64,000 bases of DNA from the NCBI GenBank assembly GCA_905178155.1, contig CAJINV010000016.1:1749102-1813101 (forward strand), read 5' to 3'. Both the position numbers and the translations under genes were made by a program. Origin of the DNA: Amoebophrya sp. A120 (taxonomy: Eukaryota > Protista > Dinoflagellata). Positions 25,826 through 37,228 of this stretch are shown in pieces; position 1 is the stretch's first letter; each line of letters opens with the position of its first letter. Under the pieces are notes generated by a model. It searched no databases and was not told the origin of the DNA. It saw nothing but the letters and a program-made list of their open reading frames with translations.

Positions 25826-26832
25826 GATGGTAGGAAAAGTGCAGGCTTAGTTTTTGAGAATGAGAGGTAGAAAAAATTAAGGGACGTTGACCACTGCCAC
25901 TGCAGAAGAAGAACAACCATAGATATGATCTTGATTCAAGATTTCTACGTCATCCCAGCGATCGAGAAAAAAAAATGGCACATCGTGACGCGTAACATCT
26001 AAACGACGTGGCGCTTTCGAGCGTCATGCGCCGGGCACAAGCCGCATCCATAGTCCACGATAGCATCATCATCAACTTGGAAGAGCTGCCGATCTTGCAG
26101 AAGCAGACCACACAGAAACTCAGGCGATCGACAGAAGCAGGAAGCAAACGCACACAAGACACACACTGAGCCGACAACTTTTTCTCGCCTGCTTATTTTC
26201 AAAAAAGCACAATAAGATCTTCTGGACGAGCAGCGAGGATCGGAGATCGTGAGGACGAGCACCGTGATCGACGTTGACAGCCCGCCGATGGGGCGAAAGT
26301 ACACCGAATAAAACAACAAGCAATAATCCATGAACAGCCTCAGCCACGACCACTCTTCAAACGTTGGACGTAGCTGCGGTGTAGCTGCTAGAGGGGTAGA
26401 AACAAAAACCCACTCGGCAGCACTACAGCGATTGTAGTTTTGAAATTTCAAACGAACTTCGAGTTCGAACCTGTTGTCTGGCAGTTGTACACAATAAAAT
26501 CACGATGATCCTACTCGTCGATAGCATTAGCACGTTGTCGCTGCAGATAAAATACTTACTGTAAAAGTACGACGAACCGTCGCGGAAGAAAGAACTCAGC
26601 GTGGCCCTGAGCTCCAGCATCTTCGGCCGGTTAGATGGTAGTGCTTCTCTTAAACAAGTGCTGGTTGTGCTCAAAGAATTATCACGTTATGCGTCATCAA
26701 CTAATTGTAATTTAAACAGTTACAGCGATCTGTGGAGAAAAATAATAATAGAAACGTCGACCCAAAATCTTCGGCGCTGATAAACAGCAACAGAGATCAG
26801 TATCACGACCAGCACACAGTGCTTCTCCATCA

Positions 26833-29469
26833 TCAACTGGAAGAGGTGTTGGAGCTGCTGGAGGAAGAGCTGCTGGAGCTACTCGAAGAGGATATGAAAG
26901 TGCACAACAATCCCTCCCCCTCATTTGTCATGCAAAATCCCAAATCCGGTCTGTTTCTCTTGGCCCTGTTTGCATGACAAGTTCTGGTAGCCGAAACAGC
27001 ACTACCGTCCCGTGTAAATTTGTCATGCAGAACTGGCATTCTTGCTGAGGCTTGTCTTGTCGTTCATGCAATACAAATGAGGCCGAGGGGGAGTTGTGCA
27101 CTGTCATAGAGGAGCTACTGGACGAACTACTCGAAGATGAGGAGCTACTGCTTCTCTTTCTCGAGGATTTCGACGAAGATTTCCGTGACGACTTCATGGA
27201 TGATTTCGACGCTGCTTTGCTCGCGACGGCGGTGGTCCGATTTTTTCCGCCCCCTCCAAAGCTCGCCAACACTCCTTTCTTGGATGAAATTGCGGCCTCT
27301 TTCGTGCTATCTTTCGAGGAAGAGTTGATAGAATTAATACCTTTGTCGTATTTCCTCTTCCTCTTCCCCTTTTCCACCTCTTCCAGTCGTTTCCTCCGTT
27401 CTCGCATGGCCTGCTCTTCAAAATCCCGTTTCTGACTGTGGAACACCAACCTCGCCCACCGGGATCCGGGGTCCGCGTTTTTGTAAAACCCGTTCTTCGT
27501 GCAGAACTCGGTTAATTGCGGCTCCTTGTGCTGGATTTGCTTCACGACAACGTCGGTCAGTTGCTTGATCGTGCTCAGCAATGCGTTGTAGCCCTGTTTC
27601 CTCCGGTCCAAGGCTTTCCTATGGTGCGCCAGTTGCGCCACCGCGATGTCCTCTCGCCCCACCGTCGCCCCGTCGTGTAAAAGCAGCGCCGCCTGCTGCA
27701 GTTGCGGCTCCTCAAACTGCTTGACCTTTTTGATTCTCTTTCCCTTCTCGACGATCTCTTTCTTGGTGGTTTTCGGCACCTCGCCCTTCAGAATTTTTTT
27801 GTAGTGCTGGTCCGCGTCGATCGCGTGCGGGGTGAACTCTTTGTTCGGATCTGCCGGCTTCATCGGGTCGCGCTGCACCTCCTGCACTTTCGGGTGCCTC
27901 TTCGCTTTTTTCCGGTCCTTCGGGTCCTTCGGGATCTTCAAAATGATCGAATTCGGATTTCTCGTTGGTACCTCCTCTCCCGCGAAATAACCCTGGGGCA
28001 TGACCCGCGGGACGTTCTCCCCCGCGACTGTCATCTGCAGATTGTCTTTCTTTTCCGCCGCGGGGTTCGGATCCTTCACGTCCCAGTGCTTCACCGGTCT
28101 CTGCTGCTCTTGCGCCGTGGGCTTCATGATCGCCTTCGCGGGCTGGTCGTAAAGGGGGACAAAACCCGGATGGACCACTTCGTTTTTCCCGACATCTGCG
28201 ACTGGCCGGAAGGATTCCGTCGGGAGCGGCGTCGTCGCTTTCACTTGCGGGAACTTCTTCACCTGCTTCTCTTTTGCATCTTTTAACAGCTCTTCCCGAT
28301 CCACGGTCTTCACCCCCAGCTCGCTGTTCGGGAAGTACCCTTTCGGTAAATAATGGTTGGGACTCTTGTAGTCGTGCTTTTCGCTGCTCGCTTTCAGTAA
28401 ATTCCGTTCCCCGGCAAGAGTCTCCACATTCGACTTCACGTCATGGTGCTTTGCTTTTTTTTCCTTCCCCTGCGCGACCAAATCCGTCGCGCCCTGAATC
28501 TCCTTCGTTTGCTCCGTCGGGGTGAGACATTGGAACAATTTCGACCGTTCCGCCGCACTGTCCCGGACCTTCGATTTGTGCCCGGTGGTATACTTGTGGG
28601 ATTTATCAACTTCCTTCACCTGCGGCCACTGTTTGGGCTTCTGCTCCTTCAGTTCCTCTATCTTGTCCGGACTCAGTTCACGGTCCTCGGGATCTGCCCT
28701 TGTTGATAGCAGGTTCTGTCCCAATGTGTTGCTTTCGTCCTTCACGATTGCCCCGTGCTCGGTGAAGACCACCGGCTTGCCGTCGAAATGGAAGTCCCCC
28801 ATAATGTTCACGTGGTTTTGGTCCTTGCCATTCCAAAACTTCTGCAAGTAAGCTGAGCTCGCAGGTTTGCTCACCACCGTTTGCGGATTGTACACGCCAT
28901 GATCCGTTAAAACTCGACCGCTGTCGTCTTTGGTTTTCCCGGAAAACTTCCACCCATCCTTTAAATAGTCCATCTTCGCCGGCTTTTCGGCTAAGGCCTG
29001 CTGCACCCCGACGGCTTCGTTGTCCGTCAAATTCGCCGCGTTTTGCTTCGTTTCCGCGATTATCAACTGCAAAAGTGTCTGGGTCTGGAAGAATGCAACT
29101 TGTGATGCTGCATTTGGATTCCAAAAAAATTTGTATTGCATGAGTAGCAAAGGGAATGCAATTTTTGCTACGCGGATAGGGCATTTGTCGTGCGAAATAG
29201 GCATCAAGGACCCCTCGAAAAATCTGTGATGCTACGGCATGCATCACAGACATCATGGCTCATGCAAAACGTGTATGACAAGTCTCAGAACCTCCCAGAC
29301 CCAGACACTTTTGCAATCCATAGCGATCCCACGCACGAGCTTGTCGGTGTAGGCGAGACCGTACTTATCCGTCAAAATCTTGGCCTGGTTCTGGTTCCCC
29401 CGCCCCGCGATTTTGTCCCGGGCGCGCTGGCGAAGCGTGTCTTCGTCAACATCCTGGGCAGAGGACAGG

Positions 29470-29501
<32 letters not shown>

Positions 29502-29513
29502 AATTGCACTCAT
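26833..29513 (-). CDS. Hypothetical K/P/E-rich protein with poly-Q and poly-S (3 exons)
   Basis: Open exon of about 1.95 kb with coding-like codon bias, bounded by two introners. Confidence 0.75.
26893..27108. mobile_element. Introner family C
   Basis: TIRs, DR GAGGA. Confidence 0.9.
29061..29322. mobile_element. Introner family A
   Basis: TIRs, DR GCGAT. Confidence 0.92.
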
Positions 29514-29704
29514 CTGGTACGACGTAATGGTGGGCCGCGAGGAAGACCGCGGCTGTGACTGTTTATTGTGTAGTTTTCATCGGAAAATTTTCCCAAAATA
29601 ATGGTAACTTTGCTTAAATTTGTGGTATTTTTTTCAATTATTGACATCATCCATCAAATCCAAATCCTGCATGCAAAAGTCTCGACGTGATAATCCGCAT
29701 CCGC

Positions 29705-31891
29705 TTAGAGTTCTTCTGCGAAGTGAATGAATTTATCAACGACTTGCTGAACAACCTTAAGACAAAATACCTGTTCCGCCGCGCTTTTGAGCAGACTGCT
29801 GCCCGCTCTGTGCATGGCCGTGGTGGGTTCCACTACCGAGTTTTTCACCGAGGACTTCCTTATCGAGGACTTCCGAACTTCTTCATCCTCATCCACGTAC
29901 GGAACGGCGGACTGCAGCCACGGTGCCTCGGAGGCACGGACCGCGGAGATCGGAGAGACTTGCGACCTATGCATTGCAAAAGTATCGTACTAGTAGTAAT
30001 TGCAATACAAATTCGCTCAGCGTGACAAATGGAATTTATCATGCTGATTTGCCATAGGAACCAGATTTGTAATGCATGACTGCGATTACTACAAAGAGTA
30101 CGATACTTTTGCACAGGATACGACGCGTCCACCAGCGACTTCATGGTGAATTGCTGAGGATACTCCTGAGCATTCGCGCCGGACTCTTGGGATATCAACT
30201 GTAAAAATGTCTGGGTCTGGAAGAATCCAACTTGTCATGCTGATTTTGGATTCTAAAAAAATATGTATTGCGTGAGCAGCAAAGAGAGTCTAAGTTTTGC
30301 TACACGGAAAGAGCATTTGTCATGCGGTATAGGCATCAGGAAGCCCTCACAATCTGTGATGCTAGGGCATGCATCACAGACATCAGGAGTCATGCTAAAT
30401 GTGCATGACAAACCTGGAAATCTTCTAGACCCAGACATTTTTACATTTGATATGGGAGTCCGTCCGCTGGAAGTGGCTGTTTTGATGTTGATGTTGTTGT
30501 GTCGACTTTGATGTACTACATGTAGAAGTAGAATTTTAGTATACAACCACGCCGAATCATCAAGCCGAAAACTGTCCTTGCGAAGATGTTGAAGAAAACA
30601 GTGAAGATCATGATCTCGTGTGCATGTGCATACTTCGCCGCTCATGACGATCGCATGCGTGTCAGCGCCGCCGCATAACAAAGTAGATCGTGCAGTCACA
30701 AGCACATTACAACCACAAGCTAACATCACAAAAAATTCACCCGATAACAATAGAAACAATGTATTCAAATCAATACGGTGCCCCGACGGTTGCGGTCATT
30801 CTATTCATCGGCGTGGTTCTGGCCATGGACGGGCTGGACGCCGGCGGCTCGTTGCTCATTCGGCTTTCCCGCACGGACCCCCTCGTGGACTGCCTGGTCA
30901 CTACGGTTGTGGATTGCCTTACCGAGCTGTCGCGCAGCAACACCGAGGCCGATTGCTCGTTGGACGCGGCAGAGGTCCGCCGCGTGGGCGAGGCGGTGGA
31001 GGCTTTGGAATTCTCTATGATGTCTCCCCGAGAAGTCGATGAATTTTGGTTCATCAAATTATCGTCCGCCATCGCGTTGGTCGCATGCGACTCCCGGATG
31101 GCCTCCATGTTGAAATGCGCGTCCGCGTGACTGTCACGGTTTCCCGTGCTCTGTTCATTCGCTAGCCCCGTCCCGTAGTCCGTGGCCGCACCGTAGTCCA
31201 TGTCCGTGGTGTCCTGTGTGGCGATGTTTAATGTTTTTGCTGGCTGGTCAGTCGCTACTTCTTCTCCTTGATTTATCTGCGCCCCCGCTTGTTGGGGAAC
31301 TTCTACAACATCTCCTCCGGCTGCTGGAGGTGCGTCTACAACAACTCCGGGAGCAGGGGGAGCAGCAGCAGCACTTGATCTAGTGGCTGTGTGGTCCTCC
31401 TCAACCGCAGGGGAAGAACCAGCGCTCGCAAGTTTTGGAGGTTTATTCTCGTCACTTTTCTTCTTTTTTGTCGACTTGGTTTTGCTTGTCGTCGCCGTGG
31501 TGAAAGTGATATTCGTCGGCTGTGGCTCCTTATCGCTGTCACCGTCCCCGCCCTTGTTCAGCGCGCCTAAGTTAAAACCTTCGCCCTCGGGTTGGATGTT
31601 GCCCTTCGGGAGGGCCGCCGGGGGAGCAGCAGGAGGAGCTCCTTCTATGCGGAAATAACCGGTTCTCAGGAGAGCGGAGTTCTTACTTGTCGTTTTATTT
31701 GCCGGTTGTTGTTGATGATCCTGGTGCCTAGAACTACTTCCTGCTTGATGTATGTGTATCGGTATTACATCCCCTTCGCTCGATAAAACCCTTTTCCCCG
31801 GCTTGAACTTCTCTAAAAGTCGCGAGTGTTGCCAAGACTTCTTGCTGCCCTGCCTCTGCGAGGGCGACGCCGTAACTTGTTCCAGAATCAT
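29705..31891 (-). CDS. Hypothetical low-complexity protein (multi-exon, tentative)
   Basis: 373-aa ORF plus downstream exons split by two introners. Confidence 0.5.
29968..30120. mobile_element. Introner family B
   Basis: TGCAAAAGTATCGTACT...AGTACGATACTTTTGCA, DR CGACC/CGACG. Confidence 0.9.
30193..30452. mobile_element. Introner family A
   Basis: TIRs, DR TGGGA. Confidence 0.92.
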
Positions 31892-32885
31892 CTTCCTGTT
31901 TTATTGCAGTTGTCGCGGCCCTGTTGGGAGACGGCGACGGCGTCGTGCTCGATTAGGCTAAAGGACAATCAACATCGATCCATGTGCATTGAAATCGGGG
32001 CGCGCCGGTGGTCGTGGGTGCTCTAGTTATGTCATACGTTGATAGAGCTGCATGTGCATTTTGAAAAACTACATGAGACTTCATGTTGATGAACTTATTT
32101 TTTCGTTTTCTTACATAGGATACAACGCTAGTAGAGAAAATAATGTAAAAGTCGGGGAATAAGACGGGATATCCTGAGGTATTTCGGCAAAGACAAACAG
32201 CGATGTTGAGGATGACGACTTAAAACACGACCAAGAATACGACGAATACACGAACAACGCCACGCACGAAAAAACTTGAACGAACGACACACAGGAGCTG
32301 GACAACAATCTATAAAGAAATAATTTGCACGATATTAAAAACGCGATGTCGCTGCTTACTTCTTGTGCCACCGAGGTTTTTGCACCTTCGCACGACACCA
32401 ACCGAGAAATCAATCAGTTTCAACAAAATGAATTTTGTTCTACCGAGAAAGATGAAGACTACCACTACAGGACGGTGGATTATAACCGAGAACGTCACTT
32501 GGCATGTGGTTCGTACTAGAGAGGGTATCTAACATTGTGTTTGTGTACGAACCGAGAGTAAGTTTATCGACTGTCAGTGAAGAGACCGAAACAAAACGAC
32601 ATCGTTTGTTCTCTGGCACCTGCGGGTGGACCGAAACAAAATTCTTTCAAAAATCAATCGAGTTTTCTATAATTTTCTCAGTAGTGGCACAGGCGACAGC
32701 AACGGCTGCCAGCACTTCATTGTTTTCGGCGCTAACTCAATTATATCTTTCCACGTTTTTTGTTTCAGTAATCAGCTCCGAGCTCCTGGCTCAGCTTCGC
32801 GAAATCTCTACCAGCAGCTATGCGACATCACTAGCGAAAAACTTGCAACAGCAAAAACTACATACGATACTGTCGAAATAGAATC

Positions 32886-34212
32886 CTAATTCGCAGCTAC
32901 CACCTGCGGCTGCTGATTCTGGGCTGCACTCTGCGGCACGACTGGAGGAGCACCGCCGACTACACTCGTTTTCGCAGGAGCGCAAGAAGTGCTCTCCGTA
33001 GTTGTACTCGTGGTCGTGGCCACTACTGCTGCATTATTGTTCGCCGCCGTCACTATTTGTTCACTGGCCACCGCAATTTGCAAGTCCAGCATCCGCCGCT
33101 GCTCGTAGGTCTGCTTGATCTTTTCCTTCAGAAACTCGCACTTCTTCTCGATTTCTGCCGTTTCTCTGTCGAGCTGCTCCTTCGATCTCTTCGTCTGATG
33201 TTGTTCCTGCCTGCTTCTGGTGCTGTTCGGCTTCTTGTGTTTGTTCACCGAGGAAGACAACCCCGAGGTGGAAGAAGATGGTGTTGAAGACATCTTCGTC
33301 GTCGCTTGACCCAAGAACTCCTGCGTACTACTTCCATAATGTTCCGTTGCTGGGCTGGCGGAAGCTGACTGCACAGTTTGGTGCTGCAACAGTAACCCCT
33401 CGTACGCGTCCTTTATTTTGGTCAGCAAGGGGCCAAAGGCCGTGTCCCGAGTTATCACTTCGTCGAAGAGGTCTGGGGTATAGTTTTGTAAGGACTTTTT
33501 GCTGGAGTTAGTGCATGAGATTGGGCTGCGTCATCGCCTGGGCTGCGTCGGCGTACTAGAAAGAGTAAAAGAAAATGCAGGACCGGATATGGATATGTGC
33601 ATGACCGAAACCGACGCACGACGTGCAAAAAATGAAGTAAATACCTTGATAGATTTTGAGCCTTTTGTCCGCAACATACGCTGCAGATTTGGAACTCTTG
33701 TTCTCGCTCATGATTTTTGAGGTGCCACTCTCTGACGTCGCACCACCGACATTTTTAGAAGCTGCGCCACTACCTGCAGCCGCGATTTTGGGGGCGCCGC
33801 TTGCCGTTCCTGCTGCGCTGCCCAGTGCGCTCGCCGAAGAGGTCCTCGAGCTTGCGGATTTTGAGCCGGTAACCTTGTTCGCAGTTCGGGCACTGCTCGC
33901 TGAGGACCTTGAATTGGTTGCCGAAAGTTGTGGGGGAGAAGAAGTGCTGGGAAGCTGTCCGGTGGTACAAACGTTGTTCACTTGGGTTGATGTGCCATGA
34001 TTTATTGGTGTCGTAATTGATGTAGTAGTGCTCGACGCCGGTAGTAGCTCCTGGTCCGGATTATTCGCATTCGTCTTCGCACGGGTGCTGTGCTGCGAGG
34101 AATTTGTTCCTAGAGTTGACAAAGTACCGCCACCTGCCGGAACTGCGGAAGAAGCTGTACCACCGCCGTTCTGCTTCCAGCGACGCGGAGGCACGGACTT
34201 CGAGGTTCGCAT
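32886..34212 (-). CDS. TSNAXIP1 N-terminal/C6orf118-like coiled-coil protein (2 exons, canonical intron 33473-33644)
   Basis: GT-AG splice gives RLKIYQDLFDEVITRDTAFGPLLTKIKDAYE; family recalled from memory. Confidence 0.6.
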
Positions 34213-35206
34213 GGTACAGCTTCTACGTGGTTTCTTCTTGAAGTAGACAACTTTCAAAAATTACTCTGGTTGCAACGAGATTCCGCTTCGTTTTCTTCTG
34301 CTCCCTACGGCCAGATCGGGGGAATTAGAGACACCATAAGAGGATCTTCATCACAGCCTCGACACAAGGACGCACCAGTCAAGCCATTTAGCCAGTGTCG
34401 TGCCCAATGCGGAAGCTCCCACCTCGCTCAGCAAACAAGAGGAACAGTGCCACGACAGTTGTGATGATGTGACATGATCAGAAAGGTACGGAAGAACTAC
34501 ACCATGTAGTTCCACAAATTATCACGCAACCGAATCATACGAAACCAAAAGGACAGTTGGACGCGACACGACCGGAGGGGCCTCCAGACCTTAAACTTAA
34601 TGTATTTCCGTCCGATCCCAGCCGCAAGGTATCTATGAATAGAGCTCTGCTTGAACGCCGGTCTTCTGGCGTGCTGCGGCCTCGACGTCGGCCTTGTTCA
34701 GAACGTAGTTCTTTTCATTTTTGGTATACTTGTTTTTTGTACAAAAGTTGAAACGTCAGATTTATTTTCGGATTCGGGTACATGAGGTGCATAGTTCTTC
34801 GCTAAAGACTATCAAAGTTTTGATTTGCTGGTGGCAACTGTTGATCCACTGTTCATTTTCAATTTCTTTTCAACAATTTATTCAACTTCGCTGTTATTCA
34901 TCTGGGAACTACAAAAATAAGTCGTGCTGCAGGTAGTTTCAAGTGTCAAAATTCAAAGCAGATTTTGTCTATTTTCTGTTTGTTCAAGACGTCGCTAATA
35001 CACAGTTCAATCATTCAAGGAATCTGGTTCTCAACGAGGAGTTTCGGTACTAAACTGCTATCATCTTACAAACAAGGCAGAAGCTCTGTGACATCGTTTT
35101 TCTTTTGTTTCTGCTGATGAAAATTTGTCTTTCAATAATTCCTAAAAGTAGGTATGTGCTTGTGCTAGTTCTCCTTCTCCCACTACAATAGTACCCCGGT
35201 TATTCA

Positions 35207-36770
35207 TTACAGGTTGTTGTGGCGGTTATCTCCGCCCTCCTGGTCGAATCCCCCCTGCGAGTGCAGCTGTGTCGTTGCGTCTTCGATTTCCATATGAACT
35301 GCAAAAGTATCGCACTTCTCGTATAAATGCATTACAAATTTCCCCAGCATGAGAAATAAAATTTGTCATGCGGATTTACCGTAAGAAAAAAATTTGTAAT
35401 GCATGACTGCAATTACTACGAGTGCGATACTTTTGCACAGGATATTCCATGGCCAGAAAGTGGATGGCCTGCTGGGCGGAGACAAAAGTCGCTTGTTCGT
35501 AATTTATCCTCTCTTCCGCCCACCGTTTGAGCTATCCTGAGGAAAAACGTCCCCGCCCCAGAGTTGTCATGCAGATTTGCAATGCCGAGGACATTTGTGA
35601 TGCGCATACCCATGAGAGGCATTTCCCATTGCGTTTTAGAACTTGTAATGCTGTAAACAGGATAAGGAGACGGATTTGTTATGCGGCTTCCCTTGCTAAG
35701 CTGCACGACAGTACAGCCTGCAACTTGTCATGCGTGACTCCCAAAACTCCTAGGTTTGTGTTGCAAAATCCCCATCTTGACTATGTTGGGGTGGGGACGT
35801 TTTTACACAGGATATGAGCCGCTCGCTGTTCGTCTCTTCTGCGTGCTCGGACATGTAGTACTGTTCTTTTTCTAACTCCTTCATGTGCTCCTTCTCCGCC
35901 TCAAACTGCCGCACGTTATCCCGGGGTAAAATCCCCCCTCCCCATATCGAAAAGGTACGTCGCAGAAGATTTGCAATGCTGATTTGCGACCACAAATGCT
36001 CTCTATCTTGCAAAAAGGCAACTCCACAGGCTCCGCCGCATTATGCAGGCGGTTTGTGATGCTGTTTGGCCTACAGCGCAGACGTTTCTCATGCTAAGCG
36101 CCTAGGCCACAACCTCTCTACTCAGGCTTGATGTGGGCCTGCAGTCCTCTTCAGCAAGACAAATCTGATTTGTGTACACAAATCCAGCAACACAAACTTC
36201 CGCTTCAATATGGGGAGGGGGGATTTTTCATTTTGATACACGTGCGCACCTCGTCCGGACGCGTCGTTCAGTTTCTTCTGCCGGGTCTCGTCGTGCAAAA
36301 ACACGTCCATCATATCAACTGCAAAAGCGTCTGGGTCTGGAAGAGTGCCAGACTTGTCATGCAGGTGTTCCGTTACCCATGAGGTCTGGTATCTAGGACA
36401 TAGCATGACAGATTCTGTGAGAGTTCTACCATGCCTATCCTGCATGAGAAACTGCCTCTCGACTAGGTCAAAAGTGGACAGCTTTTGGTAATCACGCAAC
36501 ACAGATTTTTACATGATTCAGATTTAGCATGACAAGTTGCTGTGTTCCAGACCCAGACATTTTTGCATGTGATACATCATCCACTTGGCCAATTTCGCAT
36601 CCTCGGCCCGCCGCCTTCTCTTCTCAAACTCGTTCACCTCCGCCTCCATGAGCTGGATTTTCTTCTCCAAAAGATGCTTTTCCCCCTCCGGAGCAGCGGC
36701 AGAAGAAGATGTGGTAGAATTGTTGTTTCCCAAACCGTTATTCAGCCACGACCACGGACGTTCATTCCCT
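35207..36770 (-). CDS. Hypothetical coiled-coil protein, at least 5 short exons (5' end unresolved)
   Basis: Removing introners gives a frame ending ...LKRWAEERINYEQ...AMEIEDATTQ...NNL*. Confidence 0.65.
35293..35444. mobile_element. Introner family B
   Basis: TIRs, DR TTCCA. Confidence 0.9.
35533..35814. mobile_element. Introner family F
   Basis: AAAAACGTCCCC...GGGGACGTTTTT, DR TGAGC. Confidence 0.9.
35917..36238. mobile_element. Introner family E
   Basis: TIRs, DR CACGT. Confidence 0.9.
36313..36574. mobile_element. Introner family A
   Basis: TIRs, DR CATCA. Confidence 0.92.
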
Positions 36771-37228
36771 AAAAATTAACCACCCCCATCCTATTTTTCA
36801 TGCAAAACATGTATAAAGTTCTGTTTTTGTCATGCAAGAAATGGATGGGGATGGTGAATTTTCAGGGAGTAACGTTTTTCTTGCGCTAACAAACGGTCGT
36901 ACTCCCGCATCAGTTGCGAGATTTCAAATCCTTTTTTGCTGTAGAGCACCAACTTCTGCCGGGACTCCAGGTAAGCGTTCCAGTGTTTCGCACACCGCTT
37001 GGCCACACGATAGAGGTACCAACCCAGTTCTGCGGACCCTTCGTATCCCAGAGAAAAAAGCTAGCTCATCTTCACGTTTGTATCAATCAATGCAAAAGTG
37101 AATAAAAACACACACAAAACTCTGTCTTGCATAGCCCTGAGACAATCATGCTAGTATGGGCCCGGCCTCCCTTCTCGATTTTGTGACTGTGAGTGTATTC
37201 AGTTAAGTAATACAAAGGTGAAAATATG

